64,000 nt of DNA from Octopus bimaculoides. Taxonomy: Eukaryota. Below, in pieces: positions 38,867 through 52,030 of the stretch (its first letter is position 1; the number at the start of each line of letters is the position of its first letter). The stretch is from positions 16,420,895 through 16,484,894 of the forward strand of contig NC_068984.1 in assembly GCF_001194135.2 (NCBI RefSeq), in the 5' to 3' direction. A program made the position numbers and the translations under genes. The notes beneath the pieces were generated by a model. It was not told the origin of the DNA. It ran no database searches and saw nothing but the letters and a program-made list of their open reading frames with translations.

Positions 38867-39024
38867 CGACGGGCTTCATTCAGTTTCCGTCAACCAAATC
38901 TACTCACAAGGCTTTGGTCGGCCCGAGGCTATAGTAGAAGACACTTGCCCAAGGTGCTACGCAGTGAGACTGAACCCGGAACCATGCGGTTCGTAAGCAA
39001 GCTACTTACCACACACCCACTCCT
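38587..39024 (-). mobile_element. SINE family B, complete
   Basis: Tail, central (TACA)(TA)n and head are all recognisable. Confidence 0.85.
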
Positions 39025-39294
39025 ATATATATATATTGTACATAGAGCCGAATCCACTTAATTGCAAAAACGAATAATTCTATAATTCGGCTTAATTTCA
39101 TAAATTAAAATGTCAGTTTCTTTTAATAAATTGTATGAGCTATTTTTACCATGTCAATGTTATGTAAAATGGGTGAAACACTACATGAAATTGAACGAAA
39201 TCTTCTACATTTACTTCATATCAAGTCAGATCAGATTTTATACGAAGTAAAACAATTAATGTCAAAATGGTGAAATGTACTCAATTTTTCCTAA

Positions 39295-40150
39295 CATTTC
39301 AATGAATCAAAGATCATCATCATCGTCGAGTTAGTGGTCGTGGCCGTCGTTTTCATCATCATAATCGTCGTTAACATCATCATCATCATTATCATTATCT
39401 TCATCATCATCATAGTCGTCGTCATCATCCTCATCATCTCAACCATTGTTATCATCGTCATCATCACCATCATCATCATCTGTCGACTTTAATTTGCATT
39501 TGAGCCAGTCAAGATGATCGACAAGCCGTGTTTCTCTTTCCATCAATAGTGGCAACACCTCTGTCCTTCAACATGGTTTTTGAAAGATGCTGACTGTTCA
39601 TCCTCCCATAGGTCAGGTTTCCGAAAGATAACCTCGCTGGTAGACAACTCTGGATGTCTCAGACACTAACTGACAAGCTACAACCCTATACTTATTATAC
39701 CGGAGACGTCGCCATAGACATGTTCATTGGTTTCCTTCTGCAGTCTATTTAACTTTGAAAGCCATTCGGAGATCGAAGGTTTGGGCCATGGACTTAATGA
39801 CACTCCAAGTTTTCCACTCGTAAAGAAGAATTGTCTCAATCGCTACTGTGAGATTCTCTTCTTGAAGGCCTGATAACGTTAAAAGTTCAGATATTCTTCA
39901 TATCTTTGAGTACTTTCCAGGCAAGACATTTGCGTACCTTGATGTCTTTCTCCGAGTCAGCTGTAAATGATCTGAAGGGTCAAGCGGCAAAGATATTATT
40001 CTACTTAGCGAAGGCATCTGGGGAATGTATAACTGCTGCCATTCACAGAAAAGCGCTGTTGAAATGAGAAAAGCGCTGTTGAAGCGTTAAGTGGAATTTG
40101 GCAATCGAGGATCGAATCTACGCTATGCCTTCATCTGCCTTGTGCGACGC
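39295..40150 (-). mobile_element. RTE-clade LINE 3' fragment with (GAT)n tail
   Basis: Translates DSEKDIKVRKCLAWKVLKDMKNI*, AIETILLYEWKTWSV, ETNEHVYGDVSGI and RHPELSTSEVI, typical RTE ORF2 C-terminal motifs; the tandem-triplet tail is typical of RTE. Confidence 0.8.
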
Positions 40151-41704
40151 GTAATCAATTACAATGAAGACTATGTTTTTCCGTTTTCTTCGTATAACCC
40201 AACTTCTTTACATAGGGTTCCTGCTATCTACAGAAGACCTTGAATATGTGATATCGTGTGATAGCAAAAAGTTGTCTTCGACAAAGCCCAGTTAATGTCA
40301 TAGAAAAAAAACTATCGATATTCATATTTCTACAATTTATTTTTATACAGTATAAGTCCTTCAATAACTAAATTTTCATGGGAGATAAAATATTTTTTAA
40401 AGTTCTGGGTCAGGCAGCGAATTGGTGTTATTTTGTTGTCTATATCATCGACTTCTTTGGTCCCTGATTGATATAATTACAGTATTTTTATTAGTCGGCA
40501 CGAACCTAATTGATTTTATTGATTAATTCCACGCATGTGAAAGTCACAACCGGAGCGTATAAATCTCAGTAAACTAAGGTAATTGAAGTCTGTCAAAGGA
40601 AAATGAAAAAAAAAAAAAAAAAGGAAAAAAACTTTCATGTGATACCGAAAAGTAAATTTTGATATCAATTTGAAACGGAAATTAAATTTTGCCAAATTCG
40701 ACATTCTACTATCAAATAAATAGTCATGAAGATACATAACAATACAAAAATAGCCTAGACAGGGTGAATGTAAATAAATTTTGTATATACGAAACGTACT
40801 GCATGTAAAATAACGTTTTGTTCTTGTTTTATTATATAATCCATAGATGTGAAATATAATCCCAATACATCCTAACTGTTGTCGATATATTGAAATCTCG
40901 TAATTTATAGCATACTGTGCGAATTCAGTAAATTTCAAACTGCGGTTTGTTCCATGAAAATTTCAATAAGAGAAATTATTAAATTAAGCAGTTTCCTCTG
41001 TACAACCATCCCAATTTGATGTCTCTCGCCGTCGCTAACCAGAGTTTCTTGCTATATACGATCCCCCAAGCAATAAAAAAGTGATTGAAAGAACTTACTT
41101 AAGGAAGCCAAAAACAGACGATAAAAAAGGCAAAATTATTCCACTTTATATTGGTCTTCTTTGATCATGTGACACACTTAGCAATGTATACCAACATATT
41201 AGTTTTGTATTGAATAGATCTCATAAAACATAAACCGCAGGACTTTCGACTTGAAGTGCAGCCTAATAGATTGGTTTTGTCTTCAGTTAAAGACTTATCA
41301 GAGATTGCTTATTTCGCCTTACAAACTGCGATATTTAGAACATGACATTTGTTTACCAAATATATCCTGTATGACTTCTGTATAAATATTTATTTATGAC
41401 CACATTGTATTAATATTGTAGTTATTAGTGCCTAGTTTGTTAGACTTGCAGTGCTAGTGCGTAAATTTCGTTGTGTATCATAATTTTATTTACATTTCCC
41501 ATAAAAATCACTACAGTTCTGAAATTCGGCTGATTTTAGGGTGAGGTAAGCTAGAGACTAATACGGTGAGGTAAGTGGGGTTCATTTCTCACTTCAAGCT
41601 GCTGAAAAACCTCTGGTTTTTCCGTTGTGTCCTTCTCTGCAACGACACTAAATGTGTGTTTTTTTAACGTATGCAGTGTGAAAGTCATATATATTAGGGT
41701 GAAT

Positions 41705-42030
41705 GAAGGCGCATGGCTCAGTGGTTTAAATCGCCGAGCTCACAGTCATGAGGTAGTGAGTTCGATTCCCGGACCTAGCTGTATCTTGTGTTCTTGAGCA
41801 GTTCACTCGTTGCTCCAGTTCACTCAGCTGTAGAAATGAGTTGCGACGTCACTGGTGCCAAGCTGTATCGGCCTTTGCTTTTCCCTTGGATAACTTTGGT
41901 GGTATGGAGAGAGGCTGGAATGCATGGGCGACTGCTGGTCTTAATTGCCCGGACTTGTGCCGCGGAGGGGAACTTTCTAGGTGCAACCCGATGGTCATAC
42001 GTGACCGATGGAGGTCTTTACTCTTTACTC
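41705..42030 (+). mobile_element. tRNA-headed SINE (E-like head, distinct 3' body)
   Basis: GGCGCATGGCTCAGTGGTT A box, GAGTTCGATTCCC B box, tail ending CTTTACTCTTTACTC. Confidence 0.65.
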
Positions 42031-42037
42031 CTTTATA

Positions 42038-42091
<54 letters not shown>

Positions 42092-42112
42092 ATTATGTAT
42101 GTCTGCAGTTGT

Positions 42113-42157
<45 letters not shown>

Positions 42158-42747
42158 CAGATAGATGTGTGTGTTTGTCTGCCTATCTGTTTATGCAATG
42201 TTTTCCGCTGAGGTGTAGAATTAAGTTCAAGAAAGTAACTCGCTCTGCTCATATCATTTAAAAATTATAAATATCAGACAATTGTTTACGTTATGAGAAT
42301 TTAGAAACTTCGAGAGAGATGAGGTAAATTATTTTTAACATTGGAATTCGAAACTTATTAAGCTGTAAAATAAGAGCGTGTAGAATGTAAACTTTCGATT
42401 TTCTTTCGTCCAAGGGATTTTTAATGTTTCTCGCGCTATCATTTATATCTTTATAAGGGGGTGAGCTGGCAGAATTGTCACCGTCCTGGATAAAATGCTC
42501 GACAACATTTCTTTCGGCTTTCCTTTCTGAGTTCAAATGATGCCGAGGTTGACTTTGGTACTAGTTGAGCACTGAAATCAATGTTTTCTACTAACGCCAT
42601 CACCCCACTCTAATTTCAGGCCTTGAGCCTATAATAGAAAGGCTTATCTATAACTTTATCTACTTCAACTTCTTCGTTAAAATATAATCTACCTCAAACA
42701 ATTGTGCTAACTCTACAAATTTAAGTTAACAATATTCTTACATAACT

Positions 42748-42860
42748 GTTTTCAGTCCCACTTTGTGGGACATTGGGCAAGTGTCTTCTACTATAGCTTC
42801 GGGCCGACCAAAGCCTTGTAAGTGGACTTGGTAGACGGAAACTGAAAGAAGCCCATCGTA
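42748..42860 (+). mobile_element. SINE family B 5' half
   Basis: TTGGGCAAGTGTCTTCTACTATAGC...GAAAGAAGCCCATCGTATA, then (TA)n and a gap. Confidence 0.8.
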
Positions 42861-43177
42861 TATATATATATGTATATGTATANNNNNNNNNNNNNNNNNN
42901 NNNNNNNNNNNNNNNNNNNNNNNNNNNNNNNNNNNNNNNNNNNNNNNNNNNNNNNNNNNNNNNNNNNNNNNNNNNNNNNNNNNNNNNNNNNNNNNNNNNN
43001 NNNNNNNNNNNNNNNNNNNNNNNNNNNNNNNNNNNNNNNNNNNNNNNNNNNNNNNNNNNNNNNNNNNNNNNNNNNNNNNNNNNNNNNNNNNNNNNNNNNN
43101 NNNNNNNNNNNNNNNNNNNNNNNNNNNNNNNNNNNNNNNNNNNNNNNNNNNNNNNNNNNNNNNNNNNNNNNNNNNNN

Positions 43178-43218
<41 letters not shown>

Positions 43219-43329
43219 TATATACATACATACATACATAAATACATACATACATACATACATACATACATACGGTGAATAAGCATAGTAAAGTTAAATG
43301 CCCAAATGGGAAGAATTGTATACAACATA

Positions 43330-44215
43330 TGAGAACCAGTCTGTTACTTCGTTCTTCTAATTGCCCTCATACTATCAAGAATACAAATAACGGGATAAAA
43401 AGAACAAACCCATTATATATTCAAAAATGCCCGAAAATTTGAAGATTATTGCTTCGTTCATAGTTCCATTCGCTAAGAAAATTAAGGGTAATTTGGTTGG
43501 AACCTTCTTAGAATTGGTTATTTCGTATCTAATATTTTATGCCTGATTATATTTTCAATTAACGAAAGAAAACTATCTAATTTTTGTAATAATTGTAATA
43601 GTAGTAAATGCCATAACAGTAACACTAATGGAATACACGTTAGTAATGTAAGTAAATTTGAGACGGCTAGTGTACAAGGGGAAACAACCCAAGTCAAATC
43701 CCATCCCAACCTCTTGAATGGAGGAAAAAAATGACAAATAGCAATTATACTGAATGCAATGATGTGAAACAGAGTAATAATACGAATACTAATGAAAATA
43801 CCTGTTGTGATTGCAGGGTTAGAAGTTAATGACTATTTAAAAATTATTGTAAACAAAAGAATATTGTTTACAGATGTAAGGTGATATCTGAGAGTAAAAG
43901 TTTGTTCTACATAGGGGCTACGCAGAATTTTATTAAGAAGCGTGTCTCTAACTATATTTGCACTTTTAATAATGGGAACAAGTCTTCTACCAGCTTCAGT
44001 AAATTCATTAGGGACTTGAACGACAAGAAAAAAGAGTTTTTCTGTGGGGTGGAACATTATAAGCAAGGTGACTGCTTATAAACCTGGAAACTCCATTTGC
44101 TTTTTCTGTCTAGAAGAACTGTTCTTGATCTTATATTCTAGCAGACGTTTCTTAATTGGTAGAGTAGAGACTGGTTTTTCATGTGTTCACCCATGTAAAT
44201 GGTCTCTTAGAAACT
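43330..44215 (+). mobile_element. Penelope-like element 3' fragment with C-terminal GIY-YIG endonuclease
   Basis: FIVPFAKKIKGNLVGTFLEL linker; CCDCRVRS..KNYCKQKNIVYRCKV..FYIGATQ..KKRVSN..SSTSFSKFI; WNIISKVTAYKPGNSICFFCLEE..SCVHPCK. Same architecture as 34360-34760. Confidence 0.75.
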
Positions 44216-44732
44216 ACCATTAAATATATAATCATCACTGATGATAAGCGTTAAAAAATGGTTAGTAGATGTAATATTGATGAAAAATATGTATAATATA
44301 ATATATTGATTAAATGGTGTAGATGGATGTTGTCTTCTAAACGTGGCAATGCATTGGTATTTTACTATTAATTTAATTAAGCACGTTCTCATAAATATAT
44401 CATTGAAATTCTTATAATGATTTATAAAACTAAATTTGAGATAGTAATTACAACTTTAATGTACTTAGTTTTGATATAAAATATCTATAAATAGTATCTG
44501 GTAACGTTTAGGTTTTGCTTTTGTCTACAAGGTTTATATTGACCCTAGAATAACGCACAAATATTGATGAATGTTACCACCCTCACCCTCACTCTCTCTC
44601 TCTTTCTCTCTATCTAGCTTTCTCTCTCACTCGCTTTAATCTCTCTCCCTATAACATCTATTTCGCCTTAACTACCACACCACCACCAATAAAAAGCCAT
44701 CATGTATTACATATGCACAAATATATCAAACG

Positions 44733-44785
<53 letters not shown>

Positions 44786-45709
44786 NNNNNNNNNNNNNNN
44801 NNNNNNNNNNNNNNNNNNNNNNNNNNNNNNNNNNNNNNNNNNNNNNNNNNNNNNNNNNNNNNNNNNNNNNNNNNNNNNNNNNNNNNNNNNNNNNNNNNNN
44901 NNNNNNNNNNNNNNNNNNNNNNNNNNNNNNNNNNNNNNNNNNNNNNNNNNNNNNNNNNNNNNNNNNNNNNNNNNNNNNNNNNNNNNNNNNNNNNNNNNNN
45001 NNNNNNNNNNNNNNNNNNNNNNNNNNNNNNNNNNNNNNNNNNNNNNNNNNNNNNNNNNNNNNNNNNNNNNNNNNNNNNNNNNNNNNNNNNNNNNNNNNNN
45101 NNNNNNNNNNNNNNNNNNNNNNNNNNNNNNNNNNNNNNNNNNNNNNNNNNNNNNNNNNNNNNNNNNNNNNNNNNNNNNNNNNNNNNNNNNNNNNNNNNNN
45201 NNNNNNNNNNNNNNNNNNNNNNNNNNNNNNNNNNNNNNNNNNNNNNNNNNNNNNNNNNNNNNNNNNNNNNNNNNNNNNNNNNNNNNNNNNNNNNNNNNNN
45301 NNNNNNNNNNNNNNNNNNNNNNNNNNNNNNNNNNNNNNNNNNNNNNNNNNNNNNNNNNNNNNNNNNNNNNNNNNNNNNNNNNNNNNNNNNNNNNNNNNNN
45401 NNNNNNNNNNNNNNNNNNNNNNNNNNNNNNNNNNNNNNNNNNNNNNNNNNNNNNNNNNNNNNNNNNNNNNNNNNNNNNNNNNNNNNNNNNNNNNNNNNNN
45501 NNNNNNNNNNNNNNNNNNNNNNNNNNNNNNNNNNNNNNNNNNNNNNNNNNNNNNNNNNNNNNNNNNNNNNNNNNNNNNNNNNNNNNNNNNNNNNNNNNNN
45601 NNNNNNNNNNNNNNNNNNNNNNNNNNNNNNNNNNNNNNNNNNNNNNNNNNNNNNNNNNNNNNNNNNNNNNNNNNNNNNNNNNNNNNNNNNNNNNNNNNNN
45701 NNNNNNNNN

Positions 45710-46114
45710 GATTCATATTATTGTGTACCCAAGAACTGGTATAAAATTGCTCACGTGTTATTGACTCTCTTTCTATCTGCTGTAATATTTCACATACACA
45801 CACATGTATCACTCACATACATACTTTTCTTTGTATGACGGCCTGTCTTTGATTATGTTATTATATGTCGCATTCACACTCTCACACAGACATACATCTT
45901 TAACGCCATAATAAATATCTCTGTTATTCATCTAATACGGTTGTGGTCTTTCATTACTGGTCATCTATGTTATCGTCGCATAACATATCAAATATATCAT
46001 CATTGATATATTATTGTGTTTTCGACCGTGTGACGCGTTTAAATAAAAGGAGTCCTCTGTTTTTCCATCCGTCACCATTTCTCCTTTTATGAGTTCGCAC
46101 GGTCGTTCCTTACA
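45710..46114 (+). mobile_element. LTR 3' part (same family as 46839)
   Basis: Matches 47585-47929 and ends CGGTCGTTCCTTACA; no PBS follows. Confidence 0.85.
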
Positions 46115-46426
46115 TATATATATGAAAATGACTGTTTTTTAAACAACGCACACATCTAAGTCTGTCGTAGGTCGACCAACACGTTGAAACGTAACTCCCA
46201 TTTTGGAAAATTTCCCCCTGATGAAATATTCAATTAATCAGTTTCAATATGAAATTTCAAATTGAATTAATTTTATTTAACTTCTGTAATTGAACTAACT
46301 GGATATGGAAACGGCTGTAGGACAAGAATTTCATTATATGGATTTGAATATCTTTGAATAAATTGATGTCTGCATGTCAATTTCTCCATTTTCTTCCTTT
46401 TCTCATTCATAAATATTTTAAATACC

Positions 46427-46457
<31 letters not shown>

Positions 46458-46838
46458 GCAATACTAATATATTTAGTTTTCACTGAACACTGGTACAAAC
46501 CGGAGAACAAGGATGCTAGCATCACTTAAAGGATTATAGGCCCTTGACACAATTGTGTGTATGTGTGTGTGTATGCGCATGTGCATGCGTGTGTATGTGC
46601 CTGTGTGTTTGTCCAGCCACCACTGTCTAACAACCAGTGTTAGTGTGTTTGCATCCCTCTAATATAGCGGTTCGGCACAAGTCATGGATGGAATAAGTAA
46701 TAGGCTTTAAAAAATGAAAGTACTGGAGGTCGATTCATCCGACTAAAAGTTCTTCTAGGCGGTGCCCCAGCATGGCCGTAGTCTAATGACTGAAACAAGT
46801 AAGAGATAAAAGATAAAAATTTTAAAAAGATGTAGTCT

Positions 46839-47929
46839 TGTAGTGAAACTACCTCCCGCCATTAGATACAAACTACTATCGCCATTACATACAATCTTCT
46901 CATTTAAATATAAATAAATGCGAGCGTAGTAGAGAACCCATTCCTTGTCATCACGTGACTGATTATTATTCGAATCGGCAACTTCTTCGAACCGTTCCCG
47001 CCAGGACGCAAACTGACCAATCACAGCCCTTAATAAGGTCACGTGATAGAGTATATTTCTGATATCTGGTGAGCCCCCTTAACGCTATAAATAGATCAAC
47101 TCATACCCCACAAATTTGTCTCGGTCCAGTTTCTCTATAAAGACTGTTCCGTGTACCACACGACAGCAGCAGCAGTTCCAGCGACCACTTCAACAGCTTC
47201 GTCCAGCCAACGNNNNNNNNNNNNNNNNNNNNNNNNNNNNNNNNNNNNNNNNNNNNNNNNNNNNNNNNNNNNNNNNNNNNNNNNNNNNNNNNNNNNNNNN
47301 NNNNNNNNNNNNNNNNNNNNNNNNNNNNNNNNNNNNNNNNNNNNNNNNNNNNNNNNNNNNNNNNNNNNNNNNNNNNNNNNNNNNNNNNNNNNNNNNNNNN
47401 NNNNNNNNNNNNNNNNNNNNNNNNNNNNNNNNNNNNNNNNNNNNNNNNNNNNNNNNNNNNNNNNNNNNNNNNNNNNNNNNNNNNNNNNNNNNNNNNNNNN
47501 NNNNNNNNNNNNNNNNNNNNNNNNNNNNNNNNNNNNNNNNNNNNNNNNNNNNNNNNNNNNNNNNNNNNNNNNNNNNNNNNNNNNGACTCTCTTTCTCTCT
47601 GCTGTAATGACTCACACACATGTATCACTCACATACACACTTTTCTTTGTATGACGGCCTGTCTTTGATTATGTTCTTATATGTCGCATTCACACTCTCA
47701 CACAGACATACATCTTTAACGCTACAATAAATATCTCTGTTATTCATCTAATACGGTTGTGGTCTTTCATTACTGGTCATCTATGTTATCGTCGCATAAC
47801 ATATCAAATATATCATCATTGATATATTATTTTGTGTTCGACCGTGTGACGCGTTTAAATAAAAGGAGTCCTCTGTTTTTCCATTCGTCACCATTTCTCC
47901 TTTTTGAGTTCGCACGGTCGTCCCTTAGA
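46839..47929 (+). mobile_element. Solo Ty3/Gypsy-type LTR with 4-bp TSD
   Basis: Starts TGTAGTGAAAC; CTATAAATAG TATA box at about 47085; AATAAA; ends CCTTAGA (CA>GA); TSD GTCT at 46835-46838 and 47930-47933; internal N gap. Confidence 0.85.
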
Positions 47930-48797
47930 GTCTGCTTTTCCTTTCACTCGGATAAGACTGCTAACAGATTTACCTAAACAATTGTCATTTCCATAATGCA
48001 AATGATCTTTTTTCCCCTCTCCTTTTAATAATAGTAAATGTGCTGCTCCTTGTTAAGTTTCCTATTAGCCGTCCACCGTACATTAAAACTAATCCACAAA
48101 TGCGATGTTTCCAATCTCTGTGCAACATCAGCCCACTGGCCATTAGCTCATGCTCTTCCCCTCTTCTCCATACTGAACAAATATTTACACTAACACAGAA
48201 AAATTTGCAAACATTGATTAAACATAAACTATAATTAAAATCAAGATTATATTACTAGAAATAAACCAGTGATTATTCTGCAGAAAATTTTCAGACATAA
48301 CGTCCATTTCTGTACTAATAAAATATGCATGTCAGAACAACACTGTATAGCCAATATATTTGAGTAGCATTTTATATCAGCGCTTCTGGCTAACATAGAT
48401 AATAATAACGAGTGGCTTTGTTTACAGGAGACTGGATGGATAAATTCTGATCGAGTTTACTAAGCCAGGAAGCCTTTTTTGTTTTTGAAATTTTCTTCGC
48501 AGATATATAGTTTGGCTTACTAATTCGGAAAATCCCATTTATTTCTTTTCTTTTCTTTTTTCCTTTCTTACTTTTAAGTTGTTTCAGTCATTAGACATCG
48601 GTCATGCTGGAGTACCGCCTTGAAGAACTTTTAATTGAATGAATCGATTCCAATGCTTTTTAAAAATTTCTTTTTTTAACTGGTACTTATTCTATCGGCC
48701 AAGATGTGGTAGCTACGAGAATTAAATATAAAGATTGTCCCTATTGCCATCGGAGCATGGGGGACAGAGACAAAGACACACACACACACATTTCAGT

Positions 48798-49026
48798 TTC
48801 CTTATTGCCCACAAGGGGCTAAACATAGAGAGGACAAACAAGGACAGACAAAGGGATTAAGTCGATTACATCTATCCAGTGCGTAACTGGTACTTAATTT
48901 ATCGAATCTGAACGGATAAAAGGCAAAGTCAACCTCGGCGGAATTTGAACTCAGAACGTAGCGGCAAACGAAATGCCGCTAAGCATTTCGCCCGGCGTGC
49001 TAACGTTTCTGCCATCTCTCCGCCTT
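48798..49026 (-). mobile_element. SINE family A, type-1 tail
   Basis: Matches 7732-7959. Confidence 0.88.
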
Positions 49027-49289
49027 TCAGTTTCTGTCTAGCAAATCTACAGGTAATACTCTGATCAGCCCAGGCCATAATAGAAGACACCTGCACAAAG
49101 TGCCACGCAGGGGGACTGAATCCCGAACTGTGGTTGGAAAGCAAGCAAGGAAGAAATCAGTGTTTGAAATAACTATGCGTTTTTAAAAGCTAAAAGTTTT
49201 AAGAATTTTAACCAATCAGAACTCTCCATCATCAACATACTGGAAATTACGACTGCTATATTTTGATTTACGTATTATTAATTCCTCAA

Positions 49290-49912
49290 AATAATAATGA
49301 TTTCAAATTTTGGCTCAGGGCCAGATATTTCGTAGGTGAGTCGATTACGTTAACCCAATGTTCAACTGGTATTTATCTTATTTCTTTACTGCCCACAAGG
49401 GGCTACACACAGAGGGGGAAAACAAGGACAGACAACCGGATTAAGTCGATTATATCAACCCCAATGCGTAACTGGTACTTATTTAATCGACCCCGAAAGG
49501 ATCAAAGGCAAAGTCGACCTCGGCGGAATTTGAACTCAGAACGTAGCGGCAGACGGAATACTGCTAAGCATTTCGCCCGGCGTGCTAACGTTTCTGCCAG
49601 CTCGCCGCCTTAGCTGGTATTTATCGTATCGACTCCGAAAAGATGAAAGGCAAAGTCGACCTCGGTGGAATTTGAACTCAACGTAAAGACGGCCGAAATA
49701 CCGCTAAGTATTTTTCCTGGTCTGCTAACGATACTGCCAGCATGCAGTCTTAATAATAATCTTTTCTTCTATAGGTACAAGGCTTGAAATTTCAGGGGAG
49801 AGAGTGAGTCAATTGCCTCGACCCCAGTGCATAAGTGGTACTTATTTAATCGCCCCCGTTGCCACTAGACATTTCGTCCGGCGTGCTAACAATTCTGCCA
49901 GCACGCCGCCTT
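49290..49912 (-). mobile_element. Head-to-tail cluster of about 4 SINE-A copies
   Basis: Full copy 49375-49612, head plus core 49613-49752, deleted copy about 49760-49912, tail fragment about 49290-49370; all on the minus strand. Confidence 0.8.
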
Positions 49913-50586
49913 AATTACTACTAATAATAATAATCCTTTCTATTATAGGCACACGGCCTAGAATTTGCGAGAAGGGAGATAATCGAGACTACATGGACCC
50001 TAATACTTGACTGGTTCTTAATTTATGGATCCACTAGAAATTTGGTTCTCCCCGTTTGCTCGTTAGGCCTCTCCGAGTCTATAACCCGTACTCATTAACG
50101 TTTTTTTCCACAAGTTCTGAGCGTTTTCTCACGTCTGTATTCATATAGAAGAGTCTGACCAGCTGTCCACAAGGCTTTGCTTTGTGGGTGCGAAACCTTG
50201 GGTAACTCTATATAAAATTTTGGCGTGATATATGTGTGTGTGCTTGTGTGTGTACCCCAACATGGCTGCAATCCAATAATGGAATCGGCTTGAAGTAACA
50301 TATTTTGGGGAGGATGTAGTTGTTATAATCGATACTAGTACTTGATGGGATCAGGAAAAGTTCCTATCAAGTACTGATGGTGGCAGAATGACAGGAAAAG
50401 TTGATCTCAGTAAGGTGTGAAATCAGAAAGCAAAGGGCCGCAGCTACATACTACCTTTTACTGCAGTTAACACTATGAATTTTAACAAGGCACCCGGCTA
50501 GAAATGGTGCGGTGGATACCCAGCTAGTCTAATCGATCTCAATACTTGACATGAACATATTTTAACGATCCCGGAAATATGTAAAG

Positions 50587-50868
50587 CATTGGTTCCCAAA
50601 GTGGGTGGTACTTCCCCCTGGGAGCGGCGGAAAGATCCAGCGGGGGACATTGAAGAAAAGTTGGGCGATAATGGGGTGGCGATAATGGGGCGATGGATGT
50701 AAAAACAAATTAATGGGTTAATTAGATGAAGTTTTATTTGTGAAATTCAGTTGTTTTGAATTTGCTTCAGAAAGTGGTTTATATTTATGATAGCGAGTGG
50801 GGGTGGGCGCTAAGGATGTGGCCTTGGTGCCAAGGGATTGGCATCCCCAAAACCTTTGAGAACCACTG
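50587..50868. mobile_element. hAT (Charlie-like) MITE
   Basis: Ends CATTGGTTCCCAAA / TTTGAGAACCACTG; flanks ATGTAAAG / ATGTAAAA (7 of 8 TSD match). Confidence 0.75.
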
Positions 50869-51399
50869 ATGTAAAATTACGGAACTAAATACTGCACAGA
50901 ATTTTGTTCTTTAATCTAATGTTCATTTGTTTGTTTGTTTTGGGTTGTTTTTTTGTTTTGTTTTTTCGAATTGCCACTTGTTTACATCATTGACTTTAAA
51001 TTATAGCAGTTAATGTTATATGTTAAATATTGTTGGATTCGGTATCCCTGTGCTTTAGTGATAAAGACAAATTTAATTAAGAGCTTCAATAACATCTAAA
51101 AGATTTCCAGCTTTTCCTAGATTTAAGCAGAGTTTCGTTCGACAAAATCACTACTTTAATAAGAATAAACTTTTCTTGTACAGCACAAAATGAAAATGAC
51201 GAGGGGTAGAGGTCACAAAATGTGTGTAAGGGAAGCTTTACATTGAAATCGCATCAATGAAGCAAGGAAAACAACAAAGAGAAAATATATGTGCTGAAGT
51301 CAGACTCTAGGGACAATCTAAAAAAACAACTACTCACAGATCTAAGATTATTCTATCAAGAACAAATGACTTCTTCCAAGTAACATTCTTCGAACAATA

Positions 51400-51511
51400 C
51401 GGGGGTGGGCAAAAGTAGGTATACATTTACTTATTATGAGTGTAGTATTATTTTCATTTCTTTATTTCTTTTTATAATTCATTAAGCAACTGTGTACCTA
51501 CTTTTGCCCAC
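51400..51511. mobile_element. Small Tc1/mariner-like MITE
   Basis: TIRs GTGGGCAAAAGTAGGTATACA / TGTGTACCTACTTTTGCCCAC around an AT-rich ~65-bp core. Confidence 0.7.
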
Positions 51512-51943
51512 AGTTCTAGGTTCGTTCGCTCAGGCTACGCTGACTACACTCACCTTCCAACAAATTCCATAGAGGATAGCATTTCCTTTTCTGCATTTTA
51601 TGTTTCTTAGAAAAACTTGTAAAAAAAAAAATCGATGAGATTTGGTCAAAGAGGAAAGTATCTATCCTTAGTTCTTTCTACATAACTATACCCACCAAGC
51701 AGGAAAACCGTAAAGCCTGATCGATAGACCCTTCAATGTAAGCTATTTTCCCTTCACACAACCAGTTATCTACTATCTTCGCAACTGTTTTCAGTTTTTA
51801 TCATCACTTCTTTTCCGCCAGGTGTCGCAACAGGCAGTCTCTAGCAGTGGCGGCTCATGTATAGGAACTGTGGAACTGCAGCACCCCCTATTTCGACTCG
51901 ATATTATCAATAACATTCAATATAATAAGTCTTTTTTTTCTTT

Positions 51944-52030
51944 AATTCTTTCTTTATACTTGTACATTATATAATTCTTTCTTTATACTTGTACATTATA
52001 TAATTCTTCCTTTATACTTGTACATTATAT
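51944..52030. repeat. 29-bp unit tandem repeat x3
   Basis: AATTCTTTCTTTATACTTGTACATTATAT; period 29 (GTACATTATAT at 51962, 51991, 52020). Confidence 0.9.

Noticed and set aside
41534-41576. Two GGTGAG-GTAAG donor-like motifs, possible 6-nt microexon
   Set aside because: No polypyrimidine tract or transcript evidence; could be a short local duplication.
46160-46260. CTGATGA...GAAA hammerhead-like string; similar weak cases at about 10030-10070 and 10740-10840
   Set aside because: Stem I or stem II pairing is absent, so they cannot be distinguished from chance or fully decayed relics.
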